NCBI GenBank assembly: GCA_963753435.1
Contig: CAVWCF010000001.1
Span: forward strand, 1,280,001 to 1,344,000
Direction: 5' to 3'
Length of the DNA: 64,000 nucleotides
Origin: an uncultured Actinomycetota bacterium
GTDB taxonomy: Bacteria; Actinomycetota; Actinomycetes; CAVWCF01
The notes under the pieces are model-generated. The model worked only from the letters and a program-made list of their open reading frames with translations. It was not told the origin of the DNA and searched no databases. The translations under genes and the position numbers were made by a program. This document shows, one piece after another, positions 50,685-62,291 of this stretch (position 1 is its first letter; each line of letters starts with the position of its first letter).

Positions 50685-52124
50685 TCAGGAGCGAACCAGC
50701 CCTCTTGCGGACAGCGCAGCCAGCACGACGTCGCTCCAGTTCGACAGCGACGAGTCCGGCAGGAAGTGCTGCACAACCGTCTCTTCAGCGCGCTGCCCCA
50801 GTTGCCCGCTCAACGCCTCGTCCCGGAGCAGCCGACGAACGGCTTCGCCGAACTCGGGAAGGTCGGTCGGTTCGACCAGCAGTCCGTTGACGCCATCGGT
50901 GATCTGGTCCTGGATACCGCCTACGCGGCTACCAACCACGGCCTTGCCCTTGAACATGGCCTCGGCCACCGTGAGCCCGAATCCCTCCGCCAGGCTCTTC
51001 TGCACGACGACACTGGCGTGCCGCTGCAGCGCGTTCACAATGATTCCGTTCTCGTCCGCGTCAGCCATCGGCAGGCACACAAGCTGAACCCGGCTGCGAG
51101 CCGCATGCGGCAGGTTCATCCACTCCACCCGCACGGCGTCCAGCACCTGCGCTGCCTCCGGGTCGTCGGCGATGCTGGTGACAACGGGCCCGGCGAGGAC
51201 GAGGTGGGCGTCGGTGCCGTCCAACACGTGCTCGACGAAGCCGTGCATCACGCCGGACATGTCCTTCAGCGGATCCCAGCGGGAAATCTGGGTCACCAGC
51301 GGCTGACCTGGAGCCGGCGGCGGGCCGGAGCGGATGATGTCGGCGTAGTGCAGCACTCGGCCGGGGGTGCCGTCAGATCGGGTGAAGGAGACCGGGGTCG
51401 CTGGAGCGCCGTCGATGATGCCGACGTAACGCAGGACGTCCTCCGCCTCCGCTGGGCTGATCTGCCGGTTCTTCGGTGCCATCGGGTCGATGGCCGGGTG
51501 GATTACGTGGAGGCGATCCGCCGGAACCCAGTCCGGCACGTAAGCGTGCCGGGTGAACACATACGCGTCGATGTACGGCTCGAGGAACGGTCGCAAGAAC
51601 TCCCAGACCTCAGCGCTGTACTCGGTGCCGTTCTCGGTGCCGACGTGACAACGCCACACCAGTGGCACTCCCCAGTTCGCCATCAATGGGGCCAGCGCGG
51701 CCGGCTGTGGATCATGTAGCAGCACGACGTCACCGGCGACGACGTTGGCCGCCAGTTCCTCGGCATTGGCAGCGGCCACTGCCGCCAAGTGCTCGGCCTG
51801 CTCCGGACCAAGCGGACCCCCGTCGCCGGGGCGGCCGTGCAGACGGTGATGAATGCGCTTGGTGATCTCGAAGAACTCCGGGTCACCGTCCATGACGAAC
51901 CAACTGGCGTCGATGTCGACACCGCGGGTGTACGGGAGCAGCACATGCAGCATCTCCGCCACCCCGCCACCGTGGGCGGTGGAGCTGACGTTGACGATCC
52001 CGCGGCCGGCCAGCGCTTCGCGGACAGCGGTCGCGCTGCCCTCAACCAACTGTGACAACCGGCCGGACTCCACGACCCGGGCCAGGTCGCGAATAGACCG
52101 CGCCTGAACGTCGACCTTTTGCAT
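50685..52124 (-). CDS. treT: TreT-like GT4 glycosyltransferase (trehalose synthase)
   Basis: SSTAHGGGVAEML, HDPQP, WRCH, SRWDPLKD, QKSLAEGFGLTVAEAMFKG. Confidence 0.8.
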   Translation of the reverse strand: MQKVDVQARSIRDLARVVESGRLSQLVEGSATAVREALAGRGIVNVSSTAHGGGVAEMLHVLLPYTRGVDIDASWFVMDGDPEFFEITKRIHHRLHGRPGDGGPLGPEQAEHLAAVAAANAEELAANVVAGDVVLLHDPQPAALAPLMANWGVPLVWRCHVGTENGTEYSAEVWEFLRPFLEPYIDAYVFTRHAYVPDWVPADRLHVIHPAIDPMAPKNRQISPAEAEDVLRYVGIIDGAPATPVSFTRSDGTPGRVLHYADIIRSGPPPAPGQPLVTQISRWDPLKDMSGVMHGFVEHVLDGTDAHLVLAGPVVTSIADDPEAAQVLDAVRVEWMNLPHAARSRVQLVCLPMADADENGIIVNALQRHASVVVQKSLAEGFGLTVAEAMFKGKAVVGSRVGGIQDQITDGVNGLLVEPTDLPEFGEAVRRLLRDEALSGQLGQRAEETVVQHFLPDSSLSNWSDVVLAALSARGLVRS

Positions 52125-52222
52125 GGTTCCCCCGTCTCACCTGTTCACTCGGAGCGGGAACAGCATGAACGATCCGCGATCTGGATTCGAGTGCCAACGG
52201 CCCCGGCCGTTGGGCCCGGTCT

Positions 52223-52244
52223 TATCTTGACTCATTCCAGAATA
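52223..52244 (+). promoter_or_regulatory. FurA operator overlapping the furA -35
   Basis: TATCTTGACTCATTCCAGAATA resembles the mycobacterial/streptomycete FurA site as remembered. Confidence 0.7.
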
Positions 52245-52255
52245 CAGTCCAAGGT

Positions 52256-54914
<2,659 letters not shown>

Positions 54915-54956
54915 GGGCACTTGCCGGTAGGCCGCCCAGGCGAAAGCCTGAGAACC

Positions 54957-56330
54957 GTGGTGAACCTGACGTTCCTGGGCGGCACCGGCACGGTGACGGG
55001 TAGCAAGTTCTTGCTGCAAACGCAGTCTTCGCGCGTCCTGGCTGAGGCCGGCCTGTTTCAAGGGCTGCGCGACCTGCGCCGTCGCAACTGGGCGCCGTTC
55101 GCAGTGCCACCGGAGAGCCTGGACGCGGTGACGCTCACGCACGCCCACCTGGACCATTGCGGCTACCTGCCGCGGCTGGCCCGCGACGGCTTCACCGGTC
55201 CAGCGCTGGCGTCGCGGTGGACAGCAGAGTTGGCGGCGATCGTTCTGCGCGACAGCGCGCATCTGCAGGAAGAAGACGCGAAGTACGCAGAGCGCAAGGG
55301 CTTCTCCAAGCACTCCCCGCCACTGCCGCTGTACGACTCAGGAGACGCCGAGCGCGCGATCGCCCTGTTGCGCTCGTTGCCGTTCGGGCAGCGAACTCAG
55401 ATCACCGACGACGTCTACGTGCGTATCGAGCCGGCCGGGCACATCCTCGGCTCAGCGATCCTGCAACTGGAGGCCGACGGGACCAGCGTCGTACTCAGCG
55501 GTGACCTCGGTCGCAACACACATCCGATTCTCAAGGCCCCCGCTCCGCCGCCGGACGCTGACTTCGTTCTCGTTGAGTCCACCTACGGCGACCGGGACCA
55601 TGAGGACCCCGGCGAGGTGCTGGCGGACGCGATCCGACGCACCGTCGCCCGCGGTGGATCGGTGGTGATCCCCGCATTCGCAGTGGACCGCACCGAGATC
55701 TTGCTCCACGAGTTGTCCCGGCTGCTTCGAACCGGTGCGATCCCCGACGTCCCCGTCTACGTCGACTCGCCGATGGCGTTGGCGGCCCTGCGGCTGTACC
55801 GGGAGGCGATCCGGGAAGGGTCTGAGGAGATCCGACCGGAGTTGCTCAACGGCAACGACCCGTTCGATCACGAGTACTTCAACGAGGCTCACACCGTTGA
55901 GGAGTCCAAGAAGCTCAACGACCCCGTCTCGCCGGTGATCATCGTCTCCGCATCCGGCATGGCGACCGGGGGCCGCGTCGTCCACCACCTGGCCAGCATG
56001 CTGCCGGACCCCAAACACACGGTCGTGCTGTCCGGCTTCCAGGCGGTGGGTACCCGCGGGCGCGACCTGCTCGAAGGCGCCCAACAGCTGAAGATGCACG
56101 GCCGCTACGTCCGGGTTCGGGCCGAGGTTGTGAAACTGCCCGGCTTCAGCGCGCACGCCGACGCCGACGAGCTCGTGCAGTGGTTGGCTCGAGCCGCACG
56201 CCCGCCGGAGACTTGCTACGTCGTCCATGGCGAGCAGGAAGCCTCGGCGTTACTGGCCGACCGCATCCGGGAGGAACTGGACTGGACGGTCGTGGCGCCG
56301 AGACCTGGCGAAGTCGTGCGTCTCTCCTAA
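54957..56330 (+). CDS. MBL-fold beta-CASP ribonuclease (RNA-metabolising)
   Basis: GGTGTVTGS, THAHLDHCG, GHILGSA, ESTYG, SASGMATGGR, FSAHAD, VHGE. Confidence 0.92.
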   Translation: MVNLTFLGGTGTVTGSKFLLQTQSSRVLAEAGLFQGLRDLRRRNWAPFAVPPESLDAVTLTHAHLDHCGYLPRLARDGFTGPALASRWTAELAAIVLRDSAHLQEEDAKYAERKGFSKHSPPLPLYDSGDAERAIALLRSLPFGQRTQITDDVYVRIEPAGHILGSAILQLEADGTSVVLSGDLGRNTHPILKAPAPPPDADFVLVESTYGDRDHEDPGEVLADAIRRTVARGGSVVIPAFAVDRTEILLHELSRLLRTGAIPDVPVYVDSPMALAALRLYREAIREGSEEIRPELLNGNDPFDHEYFNEAHTVEESKKLNDPVSPVIIVSASGMATGGRVVHHLASMLPDPKHTVVLSGFQAVGTRGRDLLEGAQQLKMHGRYVRVRAEVVKLPGFSAHADADELVQWLARAARPPETCYVVHGEQEASALLADRIREELDWTVVAPRPGEVVRLS

Positions 56331-56341
56331 GCCGGATCCTC

Positions 56342-56797
56342 CTAAGCCGGATGCGTCTTATCGGAGGGCCGGCCGATCTGCAGGAAACGATGTGCGCCAG
56401 CGGCCACCAAGGCGGCGAGACCGGCAGCCAGCAGGATGGCCATCGCCCACTGCGCATAGAGGAGTCGACCGGCGTCGGCAATTCCCGGCCCTTCGTCCCC
56501 GGCGTTGCGGGCGAGTACGAACAGTGGGGCGGCCAGGGCCAGCACCGCCCAGGCGCATACTCCGGCGACGTAGGTTGACCAGGAATCGGCAGAGTGGCTG
56601 TCGGACCGCAGCAGGCGCGACATCGACCAGCCGGCCAACAGCCCACAAATGACGAGCGCCAAACCAGCGGCACCCCAGAAGAGAGGTCGCTCAACCCCGC
56701 CCACGGTCCCCTCCGCCTGTAGCCACTCCAATACCCAGGCTGGTGTGGTGCCCAGGAGCACGACAGCAGTGCCAGCGAGTGCGACGCGCGCGGTCAT
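56342..56797 (-). CDS. Hypothetical 4-TM membrane protein
   Basis: ATG overlaps upstream stop; four hydrophobic segments. Confidence 0.6.
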   Translation of the reverse strand: MTARVALAGTAVVLLGTTPAWVLEWLQAEGTVGGVERPLFWGAAGLALVICGLLAGWSMSRLLRSDSHSADSWSTYVAGVCAWAVLALAAPLFVLARNAGDEGPGIADAGRLLYAQWAMAILLAAGLAALVAAGAHRFLQIGRPSDKTHPA

Positions 56798-57777
56798 GGC
56801 GCGCTCCCGGGCCAAGCCTTGTTGAGTTCGAATTGGTCGAAGACGCGGCCGCGATCGTCGATAGCTTGGGCGCGCAACTGGCCCGCCTCGACGTCGATCA
56901 GCATGAACTGCAGCGTTTCCTTTGCCATGGCGGTGAAGTCGCTGGCACCGACCCGGGAAATCTTGCAGCCACCGCCGGAGATCACATACACGACGCCCTG
57001 CTGCGGCTTGGTGCGTTCGTAGAAGTGGTCGTGGCCGGTAAGCACAAGGTCGACCCCGTACTCGACGAACAGCGGCTCCACCGCATTGCGGACCTGCAGC
57101 CAGGAACCGCGCTTGCCCGACGAGTAGGGCGGGTGATGCAGGGCGGCGACCTTCCAGGGCGCGTCGGAGGCGGCCAACTCCTGTTCCAACCAAGCCAGTT
57201 GTTCGGCGGCAGCGTTCCCGGTGATCAGTGGGGTGCTGGAGTCAAGGATGAAGAAGTCCACCGGACCGCGGCGCACCCGGTAGTAGCGGCCTTCCTCGCC
57301 GGCGAGCCGCAGGAGGTCGGCGATCTCGGCGTTCGCGTAGGCGCTGGGCTTCTCCTCGTACTCGTGATTGCCAACGGCAATCTCAAACCGCACGCCAGCG
57401 TCAAGCAGGGGTGCGTACGGGCGCTGGAAGACCGCTTCCCATCGATCGGCGATGCTGCCGTAATAGGAGACGTCCCCAACGTGGATAACCAACCCGTAAG
57501 GGGAGCGCTCATAGGCCTCGGCCATACGCGTGGCGATCGCCATCGCGTTACGACCGCCACTGCCGCTGTCGCCGAGCACGGCGAACCGAATGAACTGTTC
57601 GTCCTCCACCCAAGCCCGCGGCTGCAGGCGCAGGTTCGGCGGCTGCCCCGGGAAGAAGTCCTCGCGCCACCGGGCCCAGGGATAGACGAACGCGGCCAGC
57701 ACCGCGGTGCCGACCAGGGCACCGATCACGGAGATGGCGACCACCGCCGTCCGGCGGCGCGCCAGCCGCCCGGCCAC
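56794..57777 (-). CDS. Membrane-anchored purple-acid-phosphatase-like metallophosphoesterase
   Basis: GDSG, GDVSY, GNHE, HHP, GHDH. Confidence 0.88.
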   Translation of the reverse strand: MAGRLARRRTAVVAISVIGALVGTAVLAAFVYPWARWREDFFPGQPPNLRLQPRAWVEDEQFIRFAVLGDSGSGGRNAMAIATRMAEAYERSPYGLVIHVGDVSYYGSIADRWEAVFQRPYAPLLDAGVRFEIAVGNHEYEEKPSAYANAEIADLLRLAGEEGRYYRVRRGPVDFFILDSSTPLITGNAAAEQLAWLEQELAASDAPWKVAALHHPPYSSGKRGSWLQVRNAVEPLFVEYGVDLVLTGHDHFYERTKPQQGVVYVISGGGCKISRVGASDFTAMAKETLQFMLIDVEAGQLRAQAIDDRGRVFDQFELNKAWPGSAP

Positions 57778-57894
57778 AACTTCACGCTAGGTCAGACCCG
57801 CTTCGCAAGAGCAGGGCCGGAAGGCCCCGCCGCGAGGTGTCGAGCCGCCGTAGGTTGGCCTCGTGGTCGAGTCAGCGCGGCCTTGGCCCGGTCG

Positions 57895-60234
57895 ATGAGC
57901 AGCCCGCCGGAGCCCAGCGCGCGTCAGTGGTGGGCCGAGCGCGGCGACGAGGTGCTGCTGGTCGTCTCGCTGGTCCTGCTTGCCGCTGGCGGTGTGGCCT
58001 TTGTAGCTGGAACCAGGTCGACCGCTGACGGCCTGTGGAATGCCGCCACCGCTCTTGGTCTGGTGCTTTCCGTTACTTGGACCGCCAGCGCGCTGCGCCA
58101 GCGGCGCCCGACCGTGGACGTCATCGCCGTCTTGGCGCTCGGAGGCGCACTGCTGGTGGACGAAGCGTTCGCCGGGGCAGTCATCACGGTGATGCTGACA
58201 ACCGGACAGGCGCTTGAGGCGCGGGCGGCCGCCCGGGCCCGGCGAGAACTCAGTTTGCTGGTGGAACGGGCCCCGCGTCGAGCCCGGCTCCGAGTGGAAA
58301 CCGGGGTGGTTGACGTCCCCGCTGAGGAGGTGGGCGTCGGCGACCGAGTGCTCGTCGGCAGCGGCGAAGTAGTCCCAGTCGACGGCCGGCTACAGGCCCC
58401 CGCGGTCCTGGACGAGTCCGCCCTGAGCGGCGAGCCACTTCCCGTGGAGCACCCGTTCGGCGACGAGATCCGCAGCGGCGTGGTCAACGCGGGTTCGCCA
58501 TTCGACCTTGTTGCCACCGCTTCAGCGGCCGAGTCCACCTACGCAGGTGTGGTCCGGCTGGTGGAGCAGGCCCAGGCCAGTTCTGCCCCCTTCGTTCGCA
58601 TGGCAGACCGCCTGGCCGTGCTGTTCGTTCCACTAACCCTGCTGCTCGCCGGAGCAGCGTGGGCGGGCAGCGGCGACGCGGTGCGAGCGGTGGCGGTGCT
58701 GGTGGTTGCCACCCCCTGCCCGCTGCTGCTGGCCGCACCGATCGCGATCATGTCGGGGCTTTCCCGCGCTGCCAGATCGGGTGTGGTCGTCAAAGGCGGT
58801 GCGGTGCTCGAGCGGCTCGCTGCAGGTGAAGTCATGCTCTTCGACAAGACCGGAACACTCACTCACGGTCGGCCAACTGTTCGCGACGTGGTGATGGCCG
58901 ATGGCGGGATCGACCCCGATCAGGTCGTGCAGTTGGCGGCCAGCCTTGACCAGGTTTCGCCGCACGTGCTCGCGACGGCCATCGTGACGGAGGCAGCCCA
59001 GCGGGGTCTGTCGCTGCGAATGCCTGACTCAGTGCAAGAAGTCGCCGGCTACGGCCTTTCGGGGCGCGTCGGTGAGCACGAGGTCAAAGTCGGAAAGTTG
59101 TCCTGGGTCGTTGGCGACGCACACCCGCCCTGGGTGCGGCAAGCCAGACGGAGGGCGGCGCTGGATGGATCGCTGATCGTGTTCGTCGCAATCGACGACA
59201 GACCCGCGGCAGCATTCCTCCTGGAGGACGTGATTCGCCCCGATGCCCCGCGAATGGTGCGCTCCCTACGGAAAGCAGGCATCCGACGCGTAGTCCTTGT
59301 GACAGGCGATCGCAGCGACATCGCCGACATGGTCGGTCGGGTGGTGGGAGTCGACACCGCGCTGGCCGACTGCGATCCCGCCGACAAGGTCGCCGCAGTG
59401 GCCGAGGAATCCGCGAAGGCCACCTCGGTCATGGTGGGCGATGGCGTGAACGACGCTCCCGCTCTGGCCACGGCCGACGTCGGTGTCGCGCTCGCCGCCC
59501 ACGGCTCAACCGCCTCGTCTGAGGCGGCCGACGTCGTACTGACCGTCGACAGAGTTGATGCCCTTGCCGAGGCGATGCTGGTCGCCCGTCGATCCCGGCG
59601 CATCGCCTGGCAGGCGGTCGGCGTCGGCATGGGCCTATCCCTGGTGGCGATGGGCGCCGCCGCCCTCGGCCTGCTCCCACCGGCGGCGGGTGCCGTGCTG
59701 CAGGAAGGCATCGACGTGCTTGCGATCGGTATCGCCTTGCGCAGCGTGCTCCCCGGTCGCAGCCACGTCCGGGCGCTGCCCCCGGCCGACGTCGAGACCG
59801 CTAATCGCCTGCGCGTTGAGCACGACTCGATGCAGGACCTGGTGGAAAAGGTCCGCACCGTCGCCGATGGCCTCGTGGAGACCGACTGCGATCTCGGCCC
59901 CGTCAAGGTTGTCGCCGAGCGCCTCGAACTCGAACTCCTGCCCCATGAGCGGGCGGAGGAGGAGCAACTGGTCCCTCTCGTCGCGCGAGCGCTGGGCAGT
60001 GAGGCAACTGCGGCACTCAGCCGTACCCACGCCGAGATCGAGCACCAGACCCGTCGATTGCAGCGCCTGCTGCACGAGTTGGAGGACGACGTCGCGCAGC
60101 CAGAGGATGTGACCGAACTGCGGCGGATGCTGTACGGGTTGTACGGGATCCTCCGCCTGCACAACGCCCAGGAAGAGGAGAGCGCCTTCAGCCTTGTTCC
60201 CCCGATGAGCACGAGCACGACTAGTCCGAAATAG
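57895..60234 (+). CDS. P1B-5-type heavy-metal P-type ATPase with C-terminal hemerythrin domain
   Basis: TPCPL, DKTGT, GDGVNDAP, QEGID; C-term EH...HE..EE...H...HNAQEEE. Confidence 0.9.
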   Translation: MSSPPEPSARQWWAERGDEVLLVVSLVLLAAGGVAFVAGTRSTADGLWNAATALGLVLSVTWTASALRQRRPTVDVIAVLALGGALLVDEAFAGAVITVMLTTGQALEARAAARARRELSLLVERAPRRARLRVETGVVDVPAEEVGVGDRVLVGSGEVVPVDGRLQAPAVLDESALSGEPLPVEHPFGDEIRSGVVNAGSPFDLVATASAAESTYAGVVRLVEQAQASSAPFVRMADRLAVLFVPLTLLLAGAAWAGSGDAVRAVAVLVVATPCPLLLAAPIAIMSGLSRAARSGVVVKGGAVLERLAAGEVMLFDKTGTLTHGRPTVRDVVMADGGIDPDQVVQLAASLDQVSPHVLATAIVTEAAQRGLSLRMPDSVQEVAGYGLSGRVGEHEVKVGKLSWVVGDAHPPWVRQARRRAALDGSLIVFVAIDDRPAAAFLLEDVIRPDAPRMVRSLRKAGIRRVVLVTGDRSDIADMVGRVVGVDTALADCDPADKVAAVAEESAKATSVMVGDGVNDAPALATADVGVALAAHGSTASSEAADVVLTVDRVDALAEAMLVARRSRRIAWQAVGVGMGLSLVAMGAAALGLLPPAAGAVLQEGIDVLAIGIALRSVLPGRSHVRALPPADVETANRLRVEHDSMQDLVEKVRTVADGLVETDCDLGPVKVVAERLELELLPHERAEEEQLVPLVARALGSEATAALSRTHAEIEHQTRRLQRLLHELEDDVAQPEDVTELRRMLYGLYGILRLHNAQEEESAFSLVPPMSTSTTSPK

Positions 60235-60243
60235 GTTTGGCCA

Positions 60244-60972
60244 ATGATCGAGAACGCCGTCGCAGTCACTGGACTGTCCGTGGCGCGCGGCGGGCGCGAC
60301 GTCGTCTGCGATCTCAGTTTCAGCCTGGCTCCAGGCACCCTCACCGGTTTGCTCGGGCCCTCCGGGTCCGGCAAGACGACGCTCATGCGCGCCCTGGTTG
60401 GCGTGCAGGCAAACGTTCGCGGCGACGTCGAGGTACTCGGACTCCCGGCTGGAACCCCGGCGCTGCGCAATCGGGTCGGCTATGTCACTCAGGACGCGTC
60501 GGTCTATCTGGACCTGACGGTGCGGGAGAACCTGCGGTACTTCGCGGCATTGCTGGATGCGCCGGCGGCGCAGGCTGATGAACTCCTTGAGTCGGTTGAC
60601 CTGACCGAGCGGGCCGATCAGCTGGTTTCCACGCTCTCCGGCGGCGAGAAGTCACGGGTGTCCTTGGCCACCGCGCTGCTGAACGAACCGGCACTGCTGG
60701 TGCTGGACGAGCCGACCGTGGGTTTGGACCCGGTCCTGCGCCGCGACCTGTGGGACCTGTTCCGCCGCTACGCCGGTACCGGGGTGACCGTTCTCGTGTC
60801 CAGCCATGTGATGGACGAGGCAACCCGATGCGATCGTCTGCTGCTGATGCGCGAAGGGCAACTGATCGCCGATGGCACCGAGGCGGAGTTGCTGGCGGCG
60901 GCCGGTTGCCAGGACGTTGAGTCGGCGTTCCTCGCACTCGTCGAGGAACAACAAGGGGAGGCCGGGCGATGA
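60244..60972 (+). CDS. ABC transporter ATP-binding protein
   Basis: GPSGSGKTT, LSGGE, LDEPTVGLDP. Confidence 0.95.
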   Translation: MIENAVAVTGLSVARGGRDVVCDLSFSLAPGTLTGLLGPSGSGKTTLMRALVGVQANVRGDVEVLGLPAGTPALRNRVGYVTQDASVYLDLTVRENLRYFAALLDAPAAQADELLESVDLTERADQLVSTLSGGEKSRVSLATALLNEPALLVLDEPTVGLDPVLRRDLWDLFRRYAGTGVTVLVSSHVMDEATRCDRLLLMREGQLIADGTEAELLAAAGCQDVESAFLALVEEQQGEAGR

Positions 60973-61706
60973 CCGGGCGCATCCTCTTCGCCACGACTTC
61001 ACGCGTGCTGAGGCAACTTCGTCACGATCCCCGCACGATCGCGCTGCTGTTGGTGGTGCCGTCCGTGCTCATGGGCCTGTTGGCCTGGATCCTGGTGGAC
61101 ACGCCAGGCGCCTACGACCGCTTCGGGCTCTCGCTCCTCGGTGTCTTCCCGCTAATCGTCATGTTCATGGTCACCGCGGTGGCCACCCTTCGGGAACGAA
61201 CCACCGGAACGATGGAGCGACTGCTGGCGACCCCGGCTGGCAAGGGCGACGTGGTCCTCGGCTACGGCCTCGCCTTCGGGCTCGCCGCCACCGTGCAAGC
61301 AGTCGTAGTCGCCGGCTTGTCCTTCGTCTTGTTCGGGCTGGACGCAGCCGGGCCGTTCTGGGCCGTGGTGCTGGTGGCCGTGAGCGTCGCTGTCCTAGGC
61401 ACCGCACTCGGACTCGGCGCCAGCTCGATGGCCGCGACGGAGTTCCAGGCTGCTCAGTTCATGCCCGCAATCATCCTGCCGCAGCTGCTGCTGTGCGGGC
61501 TGGTCGTTCCCCGTGACCAACTGCCCGCACCCCTGGAGGCGTTGTCCAACATCCTGCCGATGTCCTACGCCGTTGACGCGATGCAGGAACTGACGACTTC
61601 CGCTGAAGTGGGTTCGCAGGTGTGGACGGACCTGGCCGTCATCGCTGCATTCACCGCCGGCGCGCTGATCCTCGGGGCAACCACTTTGCGTCGCCGTACC
61701 GCCTGA
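60969..61706 (+). CDS. ABC-2 type permease
   Basis: LRERTTGTMERLL, TEFQAAQFMP, LPMSYAVDA. Confidence 0.92.
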   Translation: MTGRILFATTSRVLRQLRHDPRTIALLLVVPSVLMGLLAWILVDTPGAYDRFGLSLLGVFPLIVMFMVTAVATLRERTTGTMERLLATPAGKGDVVLGYGLAFGLAATVQAVVVAGLSFVLFGLDAAGPFWAVVLVAVSVAVLGTALGLGASSMAATEFQAAQFMPAIILPQLLLCGLVVPRDQLPAPLEALSNILPMSYAVDAMQELTTSAEVGSQVWTDLAVIAAFTAGALILGATTLRRRTA

Positions 61707-61734
61707 ATTCACCACCGGTGGGGACCTCGTGGAA

Positions 61735-62139
61735 TCAGTCAGTGCCCCGCAAGGCGCTGTCCTCCTGATTCCGGTCGCGCACCGGCGACCGCCAAGCCCA
61801 GACCATGAGCGGAATCTGCAGTGGTAGCCGTAGCCAGACCGCTGCGGTGGCGGCCGCGGATTCGTCCGCGGCGGTCACGTCGATGGCCATCTGCCAGTTC
61901 CCGACCCAGATGACCGCCAGCGTCGCGGTCGCCGCAGCCGGGGCCCAGCGGCGGCGAGCAAGCAGGCCCGCGGCGCAGACGAGTTCGGCGACTCCGCTGC
62001 CGATCACCCATGGGGTCGGGTCGCCGAGCGCCTCCGGGATCAGCGGCTCGAATACCGACGGGCGGACCAGGTGCACTGCACCGCTAAGAGTGAAGGCACC
62101 AGCAACTATGCGCGTGCCCCACGGCAGCCGAGGTGCCAT
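61735..62139 (-). CDS. DoxX-like membrane protein
   Basis: GAVHLVRP..FEPLIP, SGVAELVC, N..MA, RLPLQ. Confidence 0.8.
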   Translation of the reverse strand: MAPRLPWGTRIVAGAFTLSGAVHLVRPSVFEPLIPEALGDPTPWVIGSGVAELVCAAGLLARRRWAPAAATATLAVIWVGNWQMAIDVTAADESAAATAAVWLRLPLQIPLMVWAWRSPVRDRNQEDSALRGTD

Positions 62140-62291
62140 CACGCGCTGAACCCCGGCCACGTCACACCATCACCCTAGGCCTGCCTGGGAACTTCCTCCG
62201 GGGGACCTGGACAGCAACGTTCAGGACCTCCTTCTCTAGCCGCGATCCGGCGGCGCAAGTTGACTGGAACTCCCGGAAGGGGAGCGTCGCT

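Noticed and set aside
56743-57894. Apparent 1163-aa giant P-type ATPase
   Set aside because: The first 384 codons are the antisense shadow of the metallophosphoesterase gene
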